A DNA stretch of 64,000 bases from contig NC_058130.1 in assembly GCF_016433145.1 (NCBI RefSeq), positions 728,200,142 through 728,264,141 of the forward strand, read 5' to 3'. Source of the stretch: Gracilinanus agilis. Taxonomy: Eukaryota. Each line of letters starts with the position of its first letter. Position 1 is the first letter of the stretch. The notes beneath the pieces were generated by a model. That model ran no database searches and was not told where the DNA came from. It saw only the letters and a program-made list of their open reading frames with translations. Shown here piece after piece: positions 1 to 12,357 of this stretch. A program made the translations under genes and the position numbers.

Positions 1-180
1 TCAGGAGAAATCTGGGTTTGAACCTCACTAGGGTGGTTTTTAGTGATGTGACCATAAGCTTGTCACTTTTTTGTAAAATGGGGATAATAATGCTCATAGT
101 ACCTACATCTAAGAGTTGTGAGGATCAAATGAGATCATGGATGTAAAATGCTTTGCAAGTTGTATAACTCATTCATTCAT
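1..180 (+). mobile_element. MIR (CORE-SINE) fragment
   Basis: gtaaaatgggataataat...gttgtgaggatcaaatgagat...gtaaaatgctttgcaa matches the MIR core and 3' part. Confidence 0.8.
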
Positions 181-454
181 ACATGTCAAAAGATGGAGAC
201 CTGGCAAAAGAGATCAAACTCTTGTGAAAACAAGATGAAGTACTGCATCTCATTCTTGAGCATACAGAAGATGAGATTATATCCTAATGCTTTTATGCAA
301 CCTCAGAAAACATTTATTTTACCCAGAGTCCACCAAATTAAATATAAAATAATAGTAGGACAGCAAATTGTCCATGACCATTTCTATTTAAACTCCTTAA
401 AAAGAAAATCAGTGACACAATATGACATGAGTGACATGATGATGATGATGATGA

Positions 455-870
455 TATTTCTGGTCCCGTCATCTCTTGTCTGGACTATTACAGTAGCCTC
501 CTAATAATTAGTCTCCCTATTGCCTTCTTTGTTTGGCAGTTTGAGCCCTAACAATCTGACTCCAGTCTACCTGTTTAGATTTATTACACATTAATCTCTT
601 TCATGGAAGCACTCTGCATTCCAGCCAAACTTGCCTGCTTGCTCTTCTCCAAATACAATATTCCATCTCCTGTCTTCCAGGCCTTTACAAGGAGGCTGCC
701 CTGTGCTGTGCTCCCCCACCCCACCCCCTCATTTATTTTCTTTCCAGCACACTTCTATCTATGTGTTATCTCCCCTACTAGAATATAAGCTCCTTCTACC
801 CTGCTTATATTGGTATTCTCTCCTTAGCACAATGCCTGGCACATAGTAAATGCTTAAGAGATGTTTAAAT
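455..870 (+). mobile_element. L2 LINE 3' end
   Basis: ctggactattacagtagcctcctaa...; ends ttagcacaatgcctggcacatagtaaatgcttaa, the typical L2 3' terminus. Confidence 0.7.
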
Positions 871-1929
871 ATTCTATTAATTACCTACCTATCTATCCTC
901 CAGTAATTTCTAGGGGCAATGACTTGTTCCAGATTGCCAGCATGAATCCTTGCATATCCATAAACAAGTCCACCAATTCATCAATTTTTCTATTTTTTTA
1001 GCTTATTTTTGGCTGGGTTTACTCAGATGTTGCCCATAAAAAGCCTTTTGAATTCCATTCTTGAATCTTACCTATTTCACAGGTACCATGGGGAGACAAA
1101 CCACTCCATGTTTTCTTGCCTAGAGGAAATAAAGGTATTTGTAGATATTGCCTTCATCCACTAGATCACTCTGTCTGGATTCTAGCACCAAGCCTTCCAT
1201 CACTCTTTTTCCTCAGTGTACATTAAGAATGTTATACTTATTGAGTCCAAATGACATTTTTGTTTCAGTGGAGAAAGATTCCACAAATGAGTGAGCTGTT
1301 TAACATGTTTTTCTGAGGAGTCATATAGTTCAGTATCACCTATATACATGATTTATTATTATGTTATTATTATTTCAATAACATTAGACTGGGGTTAGAT
1401 TAAGTGACTTCTGCTTCCTTTTCCATTCATCTTATCCCACTCTTTATAATCTAATAACATAGCTAGGTCTTCCTCATTAGTGTATTTTATGACCATAGGC
1501 TAGTGACTCTCTCACCCTTAGCTTCTATAAAACAGGGATAATAATACTTAGACTACTCACAGGATTATCTTAAGGAAAAATCTTCTAACTCTAAGAATAC
1601 TACATAATGATGAAGTATTAATATTTCAGTATTTCAAAAGAACTGTGGTCTTATCAGTGTGGATATTTCCTTCCCAGATCCATACATCACAAAGGCCTCT
1701 ACATCTCAGTAGACTGTTAGATGAGTCGTACCCCCACCCCACAAAAAAAAAAGCATATCCCCTGGTGGCCAGCCAGATAGCAAACTTTCCTCTTCTGCTA
1801 GAATGTTTTTTATATGACAGTCACTACCTTCTTATTCAAAACCTTTCCAGATGCAAGAGTTTTTGCTCTTTGTACAGCCTTTAGAGCCTAGCGTCAACTC
1901 CACATTCCAAACTTTAGAAGAAAGTATTT

Positions 1930-2260
1930 GAATTAACATTTAGTAGGCCTTTATTGAATGAAAAACTATACTTTTTAAGGGTTTCTCCAATGTGAGCCCA
2001 AACCAAGACTAGGCATTGTAGGGGGATATAAAATAGTCACAGAAAGTGCCCTTTCTGCCCTTAAGTGGTTAATTGGGAAGACAACCCACACACATTCCCC
2101 AAACAGGTAGAAGAGAATAGAAGACAATATATCATAAGGGACGATGATTTAGAGTACATCTAAGAGGTAGGTAATCACTGAAGGAGAAGTAGTGGTGGTT
2201 GAGTGAAGGGCTTCTTAAAGGCTGCAAAACTTGATCAATTGAGTGACAAATTGCCCTAGT
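1930..2260 (-). mobile_element. L2 3' end, antisense
   Basis: aacatttagtaggcc...ctgcccttaag...gggcttcttaaagg...cttgatc resembles antisense L2 3' sequence. Confidence 0.5.
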
Positions 2261-2407
2261 TCTTAAGGAAAAAGAAAGTCATTTCCAATTCCTGGATCTT
2301 TGGTCTCCTCTCCTTAATCCCTCCTAGGAATCCAGCTTCCCAGGAATCCTCTTTCCAATATCCCAGAGCTGAAGAGAGTTTGGTTTCAAACAGACTTATT
2401 GGAGCAG

Positions 2408-2410
<3 letters not shown>

Positions 2411-2443
<33 letters not shown>
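2411..2443. repeat. (TG)16 microsatellite
   Basis: read directly from sequence. Confidence 0.97.
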
Positions 2444-2444
<1 letters not shown>

Positions 2445-3419
2445 TTCTGCAATCAGCTTCTTCTCAGAAGCAAAGTAAGTTGATTCCCACAGTTGTTGAG
2501 AACTGAATGTGGGCATGTGTTCAAAAAGAAAGACAGGAAGAAAAAAACAGCTTAACTGTTACATCTCCTTTTAACTGCAGCAGGACTGCAGTTCTTGTAT
2601 ACAGCCATCTGAGGCAGAAGTGTACAGCGAAGGCTAAACAAATTAGCCTGCAAGAATTAGGGAAGAGGACAAACAAAGTAATTTGGGATTGTTTCTCAAG
2701 TCCAACTACTTGAACTATTTGAGAATCACTGAATTTGGGGCTAGATAGGAGCTTGAACATTCCCTAGCCTAAACACCTTTTTTTACAGATCAGGAAGCTT
2801 TCTACAACACCAGAGTGAATCTTTAGAAGCTGCCTAGTAAAATCTCTTGTTTGGCCAAAAGAAAAACAGATGAATCCAGGTCTCCTACCTCTGAAGTCAG
2901 TGCTCCTTCAACCACACCATGCTTCCTCTACTTGATTTAGACAATCAAAAAGGGCTGACGTAGTTTGAGGGAAAGAGGCCAACTCAATCTAAGCTTCAAA
3001 CACTTGGATACTTTTCTCCTTCTGCCTTTGCTGTAAATTGAAATCCAAGTTCAAAGTAGAAAGCACCAGTTATCTTTTGTCCTTACACAAGGCAGAACTC
3101 AGTCAAGCCTAGCACACTCATTCATGTTTGTGTAATGTGTTGTTCTACTTTTTTTTTTTACCCTTTATATATCCCCAAAAGTAAGTCACAAAGGGAATAG
3201 ATGAATCAGGTGTTATTCTTTTGCCAGTAACTATATTTGGGGAAAAAAAGATGCTTTTTTTTGTATTGACTGTATTTTTGACAAATTCACCAGCTTACGG
3301 AAGATGCTGTAAATTCCTATTTTGGGCTTAGACATTATTCTCTTTGCAAACTAAGGCAGATGCTGTATGTATGAACCCCTCAATCAGTTTTCTCTTTTAA
3401 CATTCTTGATGTTATAAGG

Positions 3420-3610
3420 AGGCAATGTGACAAAGTGGGTAAATTATTGGACTTGTAGTCAGAAAGATTTGTCTTTGACATTATTAACTGTGAGCTTGGG
3501 CAAGTTACTGAACTGCCCTGAGCTTTAGTTTCCTTCTCTATAAAACAAGGATAATAATTATACCTTATAAGATGATTGTGAGGTTTCAAATGAGATAATG
3601 TGTGTAAAGC
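3420..3610 (+). mobile_element. MIR
   Basis: ctgtgagcttgggcaagttact...tttccttctctataaaacaaggataataat...gattgtgaggtttcaaatgagataatgtgtgtaaagc. Confidence 0.8.
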
Positions 3611-3649
3611 ATGTGTGTGTGTGTGTGTGTATACACATATATATATATT

Positions 3650-3832
3650 TTTTTAAACCTTTACCTTCGGTCATAGTATCAATTCTAAGACAGTAAAGCA
3701 GGAAGGGCTAGGCAGTTGGAGTGAAGTGATTTGCCCAGGGTCACACAGCTAGGAAGAGTCTCAGAACAGATTTGAACCAAAGCCTTCCCAACTCCAGGTC
3801 TGGTTCTCTATTCAATGTGCTATCTAGTTATC
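3650..3832 (-). mobile_element. Opossum SINE (SINE1_Mdo-like), older copy
   Basis: antisense aaacctttaccttc...aattctaagacag...gggctaggcagttggagtgaagtgatttgcccagggtcacacagctaggaag. Confidence 0.8.
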
Positions 3833-5589
3833 CCTAAAGTATTTTTCAAATGTTAAAAGTACTATGTAAAAAATCAATAGTTAGTTCGCTGCAGATGTGG
3901 AAATGAAGATAACTTTTGCCAGGGAAGAAAACTGTACATAAAAAGACAGCATGCAATAAGAGACAGCCTGGTATGGCGGGAAGGCCCTTGCTGAGTAAAA
4001 AAACCCTTGGTTTCTAGACCTAGCTTGCTATTTACTATGTAACCTTGAACCAGTTCTTTTCCTTTTTCTGTGCCTCAGTTCACTTCCTTACTTATAAAAT
4101 GATGAGGTTAGACAAGATAGTCCCTCAAGATCTAGTGCTTTGATATTCTGGATTCAGCTCAGATAGCCTAGGATCTAATATCCTTCTCCTCTGCTGTCCC
4201 TTATTCAATGTTCTAAGGACCCTTCCAGCTTTTATGTTTTATAAATTATGCATTGTGTCTTTTTATTTGCTCTAACTCTAGGTCATATAGAGAGGAATAA
4301 TAATAATACTGTTTTTTGGGACTCTCCATATTATAATAAGAAATGCCTGTGTCCAGTCCATCTGTCCCCTCCCTCTTCCACCAAACCTCTTTTGCCTGAA
4401 GTCTAAAGCAGCTGGGAGTCCCTGGGTATTCTCAGATGCTATTGCCATTGTTTCTAAGCAGTCCAAGATGACCACTGATTTGGGGGAACAATAAATTGTG
4501 TAAGCCTGAGACCCAAGGGCAGTCAGGCTGCAGTGACAGCGTTAGCACAAACCCGCCCAGATCTTGGCAGCTACTGCAGTTTTCTCCTTCCACATCAGCA
4601 TTGTGCTGTTGGCAGAAAAGCCAGCCCTTGCTGGGATCCAAGCACTCAGCTCAGCGCGTTCATGTTGAGACATTGGCGTTGACACTCCTTGTTAGGACGT
4701 ACTGTTATGAACTCAAAAAGCTTCCTGGGAAAGCAAATTCCAAAACATTTGTGGGAAAGCCCAGTATGTTGATATTTGGTTCTGGGGACCAGCCAAGTAC
4801 CTCTAGGCTAAGGAGCTGTATTATCACATCTGCCACTGCCATAGAGGGGGCCTCATTGCCAGGGTCTCACCTTGCTGAGCCTATTCACCCTCTCCCCTAT
4901 CTAGCCAGCTATTAGTCACTGGCACCTGTAGGCCCCCAGGCAGAATGGGTTTGGCCGTCATGGGAACAAGAAGGTAGGGTCAATCAAGGACTGAAGGAAA
5001 GTACAGACAATCTTAAGAATCGCAACTGAGTCCTGGAAGGTGACTCTTTGAAGAAATAAGCTATTATATCTTTCTTTATCCCAGGATTCTGCTTAACCCC
5101 AGAATTCTTTGACTCTTAGGGATATCTTATGGATAAGGGATTCCCTTATTCACTAGGAGAAACTGAGTATCTGAGAATTAGATTCCTGTGGGTTAGATTT
5201 TCCTGCATTGTAACATCTGTACCATCTGAACAAGACTAAGACAGATGATTAACTCACTTCAACTTATATTATTGGTGAGGGAGGTTCCTAAGATTCTCAT
5301 CTATCCCTGATAATATAATGCCTCCCTTATGTATAAAGAAGCAACACGTTGGGTAGTAGAAAGAGCACTGCACTGGGAACTGGGTGCCTGAGTTCTAATT
5401 TAGGAGGAAGGATACTGAATTTGGAATCAGAAGACCTGGATTCCAATCCTGACTGCTGATTTGTGTGATTTCAGGCAAAGGGCTATACTAGTTAACCACT
5501 CGGGTCCCTTTCAGTGCTCAGGGTATGATTCTCTGATCCTATGGAAAAGATAACAAAGGCAGCTTTCCCTTGTATATATTCATAGATTC

Positions 5590-6110
5590 TTAGGGACCTT
5601 AGATGACTTCTAGTAAACTCCTTCATTTTGTAAGCCCACGCTGTCTCTAGCCTACTTTCTCAACCTTATTTCACATCATTCCATCTCACACTTTGCATTT
5701 AGACAAAATTGGACCACTAACCACCCTCTGAATTTGCCCTATCAACTCCCACCTACTTTTATTTTCCTAGGAAGTTACCACATGCCTGGAAAATATTACC
5801 CTTTTCATCTCTACCAGTGGAAATCCTTTTCTTCTTTCCAGGCCTACCTAAGGCAGTACTTTTCAGGTACCTCCTCCATGAAAGACTTCACTGAATCCTT
5901 TTGGCTGACAAATCCTCTACAAATTTTCCTTTAGCATTTCATCTCTCCTCTATAACGAACATAGTCTACTAAATTAAACAACATATTTATGTATATATAT
6001 TCTCATGCATATAATCTCACTCTTTAATAGATTGTAAGCTCTTTGAGAACAAGGACTTTCATTTTTCTATTGATATCTCTGGCTTCTAGCCCAGAGTCAT
6101 GTATGTGGTA
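5590..6110 (+). mobile_element. L2 3' region
   Basis: ctacctttctcaaccttatttcaca...gattgtaagctctttgagaacaaggact. Confidence 0.6.
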
Positions 6111-6117
6111 TGTTTTT

Positions 6118-6310
6118 TATTTAAATATTTTATTTTTTTAGAAAAATTTTCCATGGTTACATGATTTGTGTTTTCACTTTCCCCTCCACCCCTCCTTTCA
6201 CCCACCCCCCCATAGCCAACGCACATTTCCACTGGTTTTAACATGTGTCATCAATCAAAACCTATTGCCATATTATTGATAGTTGCATTGGTGTGGTCCT
6301 TTCAAGTCTT
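6118..6310 (-). mobile_element. Marsupial L1 3' end, 5'-truncated stub
   Basis: T-rich tail then ttttccatggttacatgattt...catttccactggttttaacatgtgtcatcaatcaa; near-identical to the L1 end at 8037-8230. Confidence 0.9.
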
Positions 6311-6929
6311 ATGTAGTATATTCTTAGTGAATGCTGAATTAAATTGATTGGCCATAAAACATACTGCTAAGAAATGGGAGAACCAAGATTTAACCCAAAT
6401 TCAGGGCTCCTCCCTCTATCATTTCCTTACTGCTTAAGCAACCATCAAAGAATTTCACAGAAGTAATAGAAACCCTCAGAGTATATGTCAGAAAAGGAAG
6501 ATGACCTGGTCATCAGACAGCCTGCACGCCCCTGTTTTATCTGCTGGGAATAAGGGCCAGATCTTATCATTCATAGAATGGGCACTTGGAGAGTTTATGG
6601 GAGGACATAGACAAGAGTTATGTAGGATAAGAATGTGGAGATAGATCACAGTCCACACAGGTGAAAAGAGGAAAGAAAAGGAAAAATTTATGAGATCAAA
6701 AATCCATTGAAATAAGAAGTTAAATGAGTATTAAATTTCTCCTGTCATCTTGGCCCTCCTCTCTTAAGTCATGAAAACTGTCCTGGTTACCAACTATTTA
6801 TCAGGACTTTGAACTTTGTTCCATACTCTGCCTTCTTGTAACTATGTCCTTTTGGCTTCCATTTGTTTATTTGGTTTCTGATCTACTGACAATTTCCCAC
6901 CATCATCACCATCAAAATTTTCATTTTCA

Positions 6930-6932
<3 letters not shown>

Positions 6933-7012
<80 letters not shown>
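6933..7012. repeat. (TC)40 microsatellite
   Basis: read directly; 80 bp of pure polypyrimidine. Confidence 0.97.
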
Positions 7013-7015
<3 letters not shown>

Positions 7016-7334
7016 CATAACTGATTTCTTGCTAAGCCCCTTCAATCTGCTGCCACATGTGAACTTGCATGACACTTGGAAAGTCACCCACCCTCCCAGT
7101 GGAGGGTTTGCTCTTCTGGAGAGCAGAGATAAATTTACTTACTTCAGAGACCATGGGTGACACAGGAGAAAGAATAAAAACCTTGAAATCAGAAGGCCTG
7201 GGTTTGAGTCCCCTCTCTATGACTACTTCCATGACTGAGCAAGCCACTTCCCTGATCTTCAGTTTCCACACCTGTAATTATACAATTTATGTGTAATTAC
7301 AATTATATGTACATACAAATTATATGATCGTCAG

Positions 7335-7433
7335 TCAATCAAAAAACATTTATTAAGTGCCTACTATATGCAAGATACTCTATGCTAGGCATTGGAGATA
7401 AAAATACAAAAACAACAACCACCCAAGACAGTC
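7335..7433 (-). mobile_element. L2 3' end interrupted by an LTR
   Basis: caatcaaaaaacatttattaagtgcctactatatgcaagatac...aagacagtc; appears to resume at 8858 (ctctgaaaaagacttata). Confidence 0.65.
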
Positions 7434-8857
7434 TTTTATAAGGATTAAATTTGGAGTTTTGACAAAATAAGAGAGCAGCTTTTAATAATTTAAGTTTTAA
7501 TGAAAATATAGTAGAGTTGTAAATTAATAATATCCCTTAAAGCCAGAAAAAAGAAAACTTCTAGCAGCTCTTAACAATTAACAATTTAATTTAATTAAAA
7601 TAGAGATAGTAAAATGAATATAGTAAAGGAGAGAAATATAGGGGAAAGGTAGAGAAAGAAAATTTCCTAATGTCTATACTAGTTATCCTGTAACTGCCTA
7701 TAATTACTACCTAAAATTGCCTATATCTACCTATAACTGCCTATAACTACCCCTAATAACAACCATCCCACAAAGTTCCAACCCAATCCAGCCCAATCAA
7801 AACCAACCCAATCAGTGTTTAATCCAACCCCAATTAGGTCTGTCAACGAAGCCACCTTCCAAAAAGTTCAAGAAAAGGAAAAAACCTAACAGCCCAAACC
7901 AAAAGCCAAAAACTCAAAGGCAAAAAGCCTTCTAAAGGCTAAAGCCAAACATCCTCTAAGTAAACTCAGGCCCACCTTTATATTCCAGCAACTAAATGCC
8001 AACCATCAACCCAACACACTTCCAGCAGCCAACTTTTTTTTTTTTTTTGCATTTTAAATTTTATTTTTTAGAAAACTTTTCCATGGTTCCATGATTCATG
8101 TTTTTACTTTCCCCTTCAGCCCTCCCCCCCCATAGTCGGCACACATTTCCACTGGTTTTAACATGTGTCATCAATCAAGACCTATTTCCATATTATTGAT
8201 AGTTGCATTGGTGTGGTCATTTCAAGTCTACATCCCCAATCATGTCTGCATCAACCCATGTGTTCAAGCAGTTGTTTTTCTTCTGTGTTTCCACTCCTGT
8301 AGTTCTTCCTCTGAATGTGGGTAGCGTTCTTTTCCATAAATCCCTCAGAATTGTCCTGGGTCATTGCATTGCTGCTAGTAGAGAAGCCTATTACATTCGA
8401 TTTTACCACAGTGTATCAGTCTCTGTGTACAATGTTCTTCTGGCTCTGCTCCTTTCACTCTGCATCAATTCCTGGAGGTCATTCCAGTTCACATGAAATT
8501 CCTCCAGTTTATTATTCCTTTGAGCACAGTAGTATTCCATCACCAGCATATACCACAATTTGTTCAGCCATTCCCCAACTGAAGGGCATACCCTCATTTT
8601 CCAGTTTTTTGCTACCACAAAGAGTGCGGCTATAAATATTTTTGTACAAGTCTTTTTCCCTATGATCTCTTTAGGGTACAAACCCAGCAATAGTATGGCT
8701 AGATCAAAGGCCAGCAGCCAACTTTGCTGCAATTTACAACGTGACCAACTGATTCTGGCCCCCTTTTATAACCTTTTCCCTCATTTCCTGTCTCTATGGC
8801 AAGAGGGCCTCCAGGTCCCCCATTGAATTAAAAAAGGAATAAAAAATTCCATTTTAC
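7434..8857 (-). mobile_element. Solo ERV-type LTR (~735 bp without the nested L1)
   Basis: minus strand starts TGTAAAATGG and ends CCTTATAAAA (decayed ..TAACA); TATA-like aatataaag and ATTAAA signals; no clear TSD. Confidence 0.65.
8037..8710 (-). mobile_element. 5'-truncated L1 (ORF2 C-terminus + 3'UTR + poly(A))
   Basis: ORF 8403-8732(-) reads LLGLYPKEII..CTKIFIAALFVVAKNWK..CPSVGEWLNKLWY = L1 ORF2p C-terminus; poly(T) at 8034-8049; perfect 15-bp TSD ccagcagccaacttt at 8022-8036 and 8711-8725. Confidence 0.96.
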
Positions 8858-9261
8858 ACTCTGAAAAAGACTTATACCAGAAAGATAAAGTTATGTTCAC
8901 AGGTTAGCAAATATAGGACATGTACAAAATAAGTATAAAAGGATTTGTTCAGAGGAATGAATAACATTTGGGGAAAATCTGAGTACTTGAGGTAAGCCTT
9001 GAAAGAGCCAGGAACCAGGATAAAAGCCTAAGGGACAGCAATGCATAAAGCATAGAATATGGATCATGATTCTTCAAAGGAGCATAAAGAAATCATTGGT
9101 GACTTGGAGAGAACAGTTTCAATCAAGAGACAGAGCCAGTCTATAAAAGTTTAAGAAGCGAGTGAGAGAAAAGAAAGTAAGTGGGAGGTGAGAAAATAAA
9201 GACAATGAGTTTAGAACCTTTTTCTAGGAGATTGGAAAGCTATGGGACAGTGATGGTGAAT

Positions 9262-9460
9262 TTTTTTTAAAACCCTTACCTTCGGTCTTGGACAATACTG
9301 TGTATTGGCTCCGAGGCAGAAGAGTGGTAAGGGTAGGCAATGGGGGTCAAGTGACTTGCCCAGGGTCACACAGCTGAGAAGTGGCTAAGGTCAGATTTGA
9401 ACCTAGGACCTCCCATCTCTAGGCCTGATTCTCATTCCACTGAGCTACCCAGCTGCCCCC
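9262..9460 (-). mobile_element. SINE1_Mdo-like, full length
   Basis: antisense ends ...ccactgagctacccagctgccccc; TSD gatggtgaat at 9252-9261 and 9462-9471. Confidence 0.93.
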
Positions 9461-11207
9461 AGATGGTGAATCTTTTTAGAGACCAAGTGCCCAAACTACA
9501 ACCCTCAGGCCACACGTAAGCCTCCCACTTTATTCAAGACGGGAGGGAGGAAAAGCTCCCATTGGGCTGCTGGGCAGAGGGGTGGGTGATGTGAGAAATG
9601 TCCTCAGGCACATGTGGAAAAGGGGAAGGGAGCAGCCCCTCAGGCACAAGTGCCATGGGTTCACCAACACAGCTATAGGACAATATATTGAGAGACTAGT
9701 GGGATCAAGCAAAGGAGTTTTTGTTTGTTTTACTAAGAAAAAGATAATATGGGGATGTTTCCTAGGCATAAATGGGTAAAACAAGTATGAAAATTAGAGA
9801 GAGCATGATCAAAGAGACAAGGGATCAAAGAAACAAACACTTCTGTAGGAAATGGAAACAAGGGCACAGGTTAAAAGGTTGGTTGGCTTTGGCACAGGTA
9901 CCTTATCCTTTAAGACTTGAGCAAAAGAAGAGAGAGTAAGAGACAATGACAAAGTGTGATCTGAATTATAATGAGGAGAGGAAAGGGCACAATGGCTTCA
10001 GTTTTGTCAGTGAAGTATGAGGTGAAGTCCTTTCCTGAAAAGAAGGGAAAGGTATGATTTAGGTATCTGAAGAAAAAAGCTCCTCTGGTGAATGCCATAG
10101 AGAGAGTAAGAGGGTTGGTGGGCAACTTTGAAGGCCACTGGAGGCTGGGAGGGCTAGTTGTTTAATGTCCTACATTCAGATTCATAAGAACAGGAAGATC
10201 ATTGTAAGTATTGATTAAATACCTACTATAGTAAAAGAAAGGAAGGGAGGGAGCAGGGTTTTGAGGACACAAGGTTAATAAATTAAGCAACTCTCAGAAA
10301 GCTTCCATTCTCATAAGGGAGACAAGTATGCAAATGTATGGCATAAATAAGTGAATATATACATGTATACAATGTAGTTAAATACAAGATGATATGGGAA
10401 GGAGGACTGTAGTATTTGGGGAAGGCAAAAGTTAAGAAAAGGCTTTCTAGCAGAAAGTGGTGCTTGAGCTACATCTTAAAAGGAAAGAATAATGCTGAGT
10501 CAGAGGTAAGGATAGTATATTCCAGGCATGGGGGATAGCCAGGGCAGGAAGGCAGGGAGAGGAGATGGAAGAAGCTAATTTAACTGTATCATAGAGTCTT
10601 GGAAGAGAAGAAATATCCAATGAGACTGTGAAAAATAGGTTGGGGTCAAATTGTGAAGGGCTTTAAAAACTAAACAGAAGAGTTTCTATTTTATTCTAAA
10701 GGGAATAAGAAGTGTCTGGATTTGATTGAGTAAGACAGTCACATGGACAGATCTGCACTTAAGGAAAATTACATTGGCAAGAGTATATAGGATGAACCAG
10801 AGCAATGAGAGATTTGGTTGAGGCGGGAGACCAATTAGGTGGCTGTTGCAAAATATACGTGAAGTGGGATGAAGACCTGAACTAAGATATATAATTATAT
10901 AAGCAGAGAGAAGGGGCTGGATGTGAGAAATGTTACAGAGATATAACCTAGAAAGATCTGATGGTACCTTTGACAGAAACAGGAAGATTTAAAAGAAAGA
11001 TAAGTTCAGTTTTGGATGCTGAGATATCTTCAGTTTGAAATGTCTAATAGGAAATCTAGTGTAAATAGTGATAAAGATTTCTAGATCTAGATACCAGTCT
11101 CTTCTCTGAGCTTCAGTCTCTCTGTCTATCTCTTGTCTGTCATCTGCTTAGAGATGATAGTCAAACCCATGAGAGGCAATGAAGATACCAAGGGAAAGTA
11201 TGTAGAA

Positions 11208-11350
11208 CAGTGGTTCCCAAACTTTTTTGGCCTACTGCCCCTTTTCCAGAAAAAATATTACTTAGCGCCCCCTGTCATATACTATCACTGCTCCCCTGGA
11301 TCGCTGCAGCACCCACCAGGGGGCAGTGGCACCCACTTTGGGAATCACTA
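11208..11350. mobile_element. hAT/Charlie-type MITE (143 bp)
   Basis: TIRs cagtggttcccaaact / actttgggaatcacta (13/16); perfect 8-bp TSD atgtagaa at 11200-11207 and 11351-11358. Confidence 0.92.
11313..11326 (+). promoter_or_regulatory. CTCF-type motif inside the MITE
   Basis: CCACCAGGGGGCAG matches the CTCF core consensus; binding untested. Confidence 0.5.
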
Positions 11351-11539
11351 ATGTAGAAGAAAACAGAGCCCAAAGACAGAATGCTGTGGACTACTTAAGG
11401 ATCATGATATGTATGATGAACCACCAAAAGATACTAAGAAAGAGGTGGCATGTAGGAGGTGAACCAGGGGAGAGTCGTGTCACCAAAACCCAGAAAGGAC
11501 AGATTATCAAAGAAGAGAGAGTGCTTAATAATGATATTT

Positions 11540-11735
11540 ACATAGTGCTTACTGTGTACCACAAATTATGCTAAATTTTTACAAATATCTCATTTAACCC
11601 TCATAACAACCCTTTAAGATAGGTACTGTTCTTACTCCCATTTTACATTTGAGGAAACTGAGGCAACAGAGATTAAAGGATTGTACAAGGCCACACAGCT
11701 AGTAAGTAACTGAGGCCAGATTTGATCCTGGATCT
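11540..11735 (-). mobile_element. MIR
   Basis: atctcatttaaccctcataacaaccct...cccattttacatttgaggaaactgaggc...ggccacacagctagtaag. Confidence 0.85.
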
Positions 11736-12357
11736 AATTATGAACATAGCCAATAATGTCAAATGTAGGGGTTAGGTCAATATGGATGAGAACTGGCTGA
11801 TGATGAAATCAAGGATATGATCTCCTGTATGTACTTGAGAAAGAATAAAAGTACAAATCATGAGAGGTGAAGAGGTTGATGAACTGGGGAATAAGATTAT
11901 TTGAGGAGATGTCAAGATATAAATTGAAGACCTCAAATATAAGGACAGGGGCTACATTGGTGAAGAAAACTAAGCTGGGTACTGAATTTGAAATGCCTTT
12001 ATTCCTTTCTTGAAAAAGAAGAAATGGTCACTTAGGAGCCAGCTGCTGCCAGTTCCCATGATCTGGGTAGTGGTAGATGCAATTGAAATTAACCTCAAAG
12101 GAGAGGTCACTGAAAGACAGTGGTGGGGTCCAAGCATGGAAAGTGTCTATGAGGAATAAAAAGCATGCCTATCCCTTTTCCTGACTCAGCATGTCTCAGA
12201 GGGTGAGAGAAAATATGTCCAGTTCCAAAAAGGATGATCAGGAAGGCAGCATCTTTGGGGAGGAGCTTGGCTTCTTTGATTTCAAGAAGATGGAAGGAAT
12301 TTGAAACAAAAGGCCTAATAAGAAGGGGTAGTTTGTTAATAATAAAATGGGGTCAGA

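Larger units (their letters stand above)
9790..12300 (-). mobile_element. Fragmented L2 (ORF2 remnant and 3' region) with nested elements
   Basis: ORF 9910-10125(-) contains DFTSYFTDKTEAI, resembling the L2 ORF2 motif DFASYFTEKIEAI; purine-rich antisense L2 pieces follow. Confidence 0.65.

Noticed and set aside
148-504. 118-aa ORF with a poly-Met stretch
   Set aside because: The Met run is a (GAT)n repeat, and the ORF spans MIR/L2 remnants.
4496-4915. 139-aa plus-strand ORF
   Set aside because: No recognisable domain, no convincing splice or promoter context, Ser/Leu-rich as in random ORFs.
4871-4990. 120-nt minus-strand exon-like segment with good splice sites
   Set aside because: Stops in all three frames and no supporting neighbour; consistent with chance.
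7690-7830. ctataact and ccaa(t/c)c short tandem motifs
   Set aside because: Internal low-complexity part of the LTR.
8203-8826. Overlapping ORFs of 88-109 aa
   Set aside because: All lie in an L1 3' fragment; only the minus-strand frame is real, and it is a dead ORF2 C-terminus.
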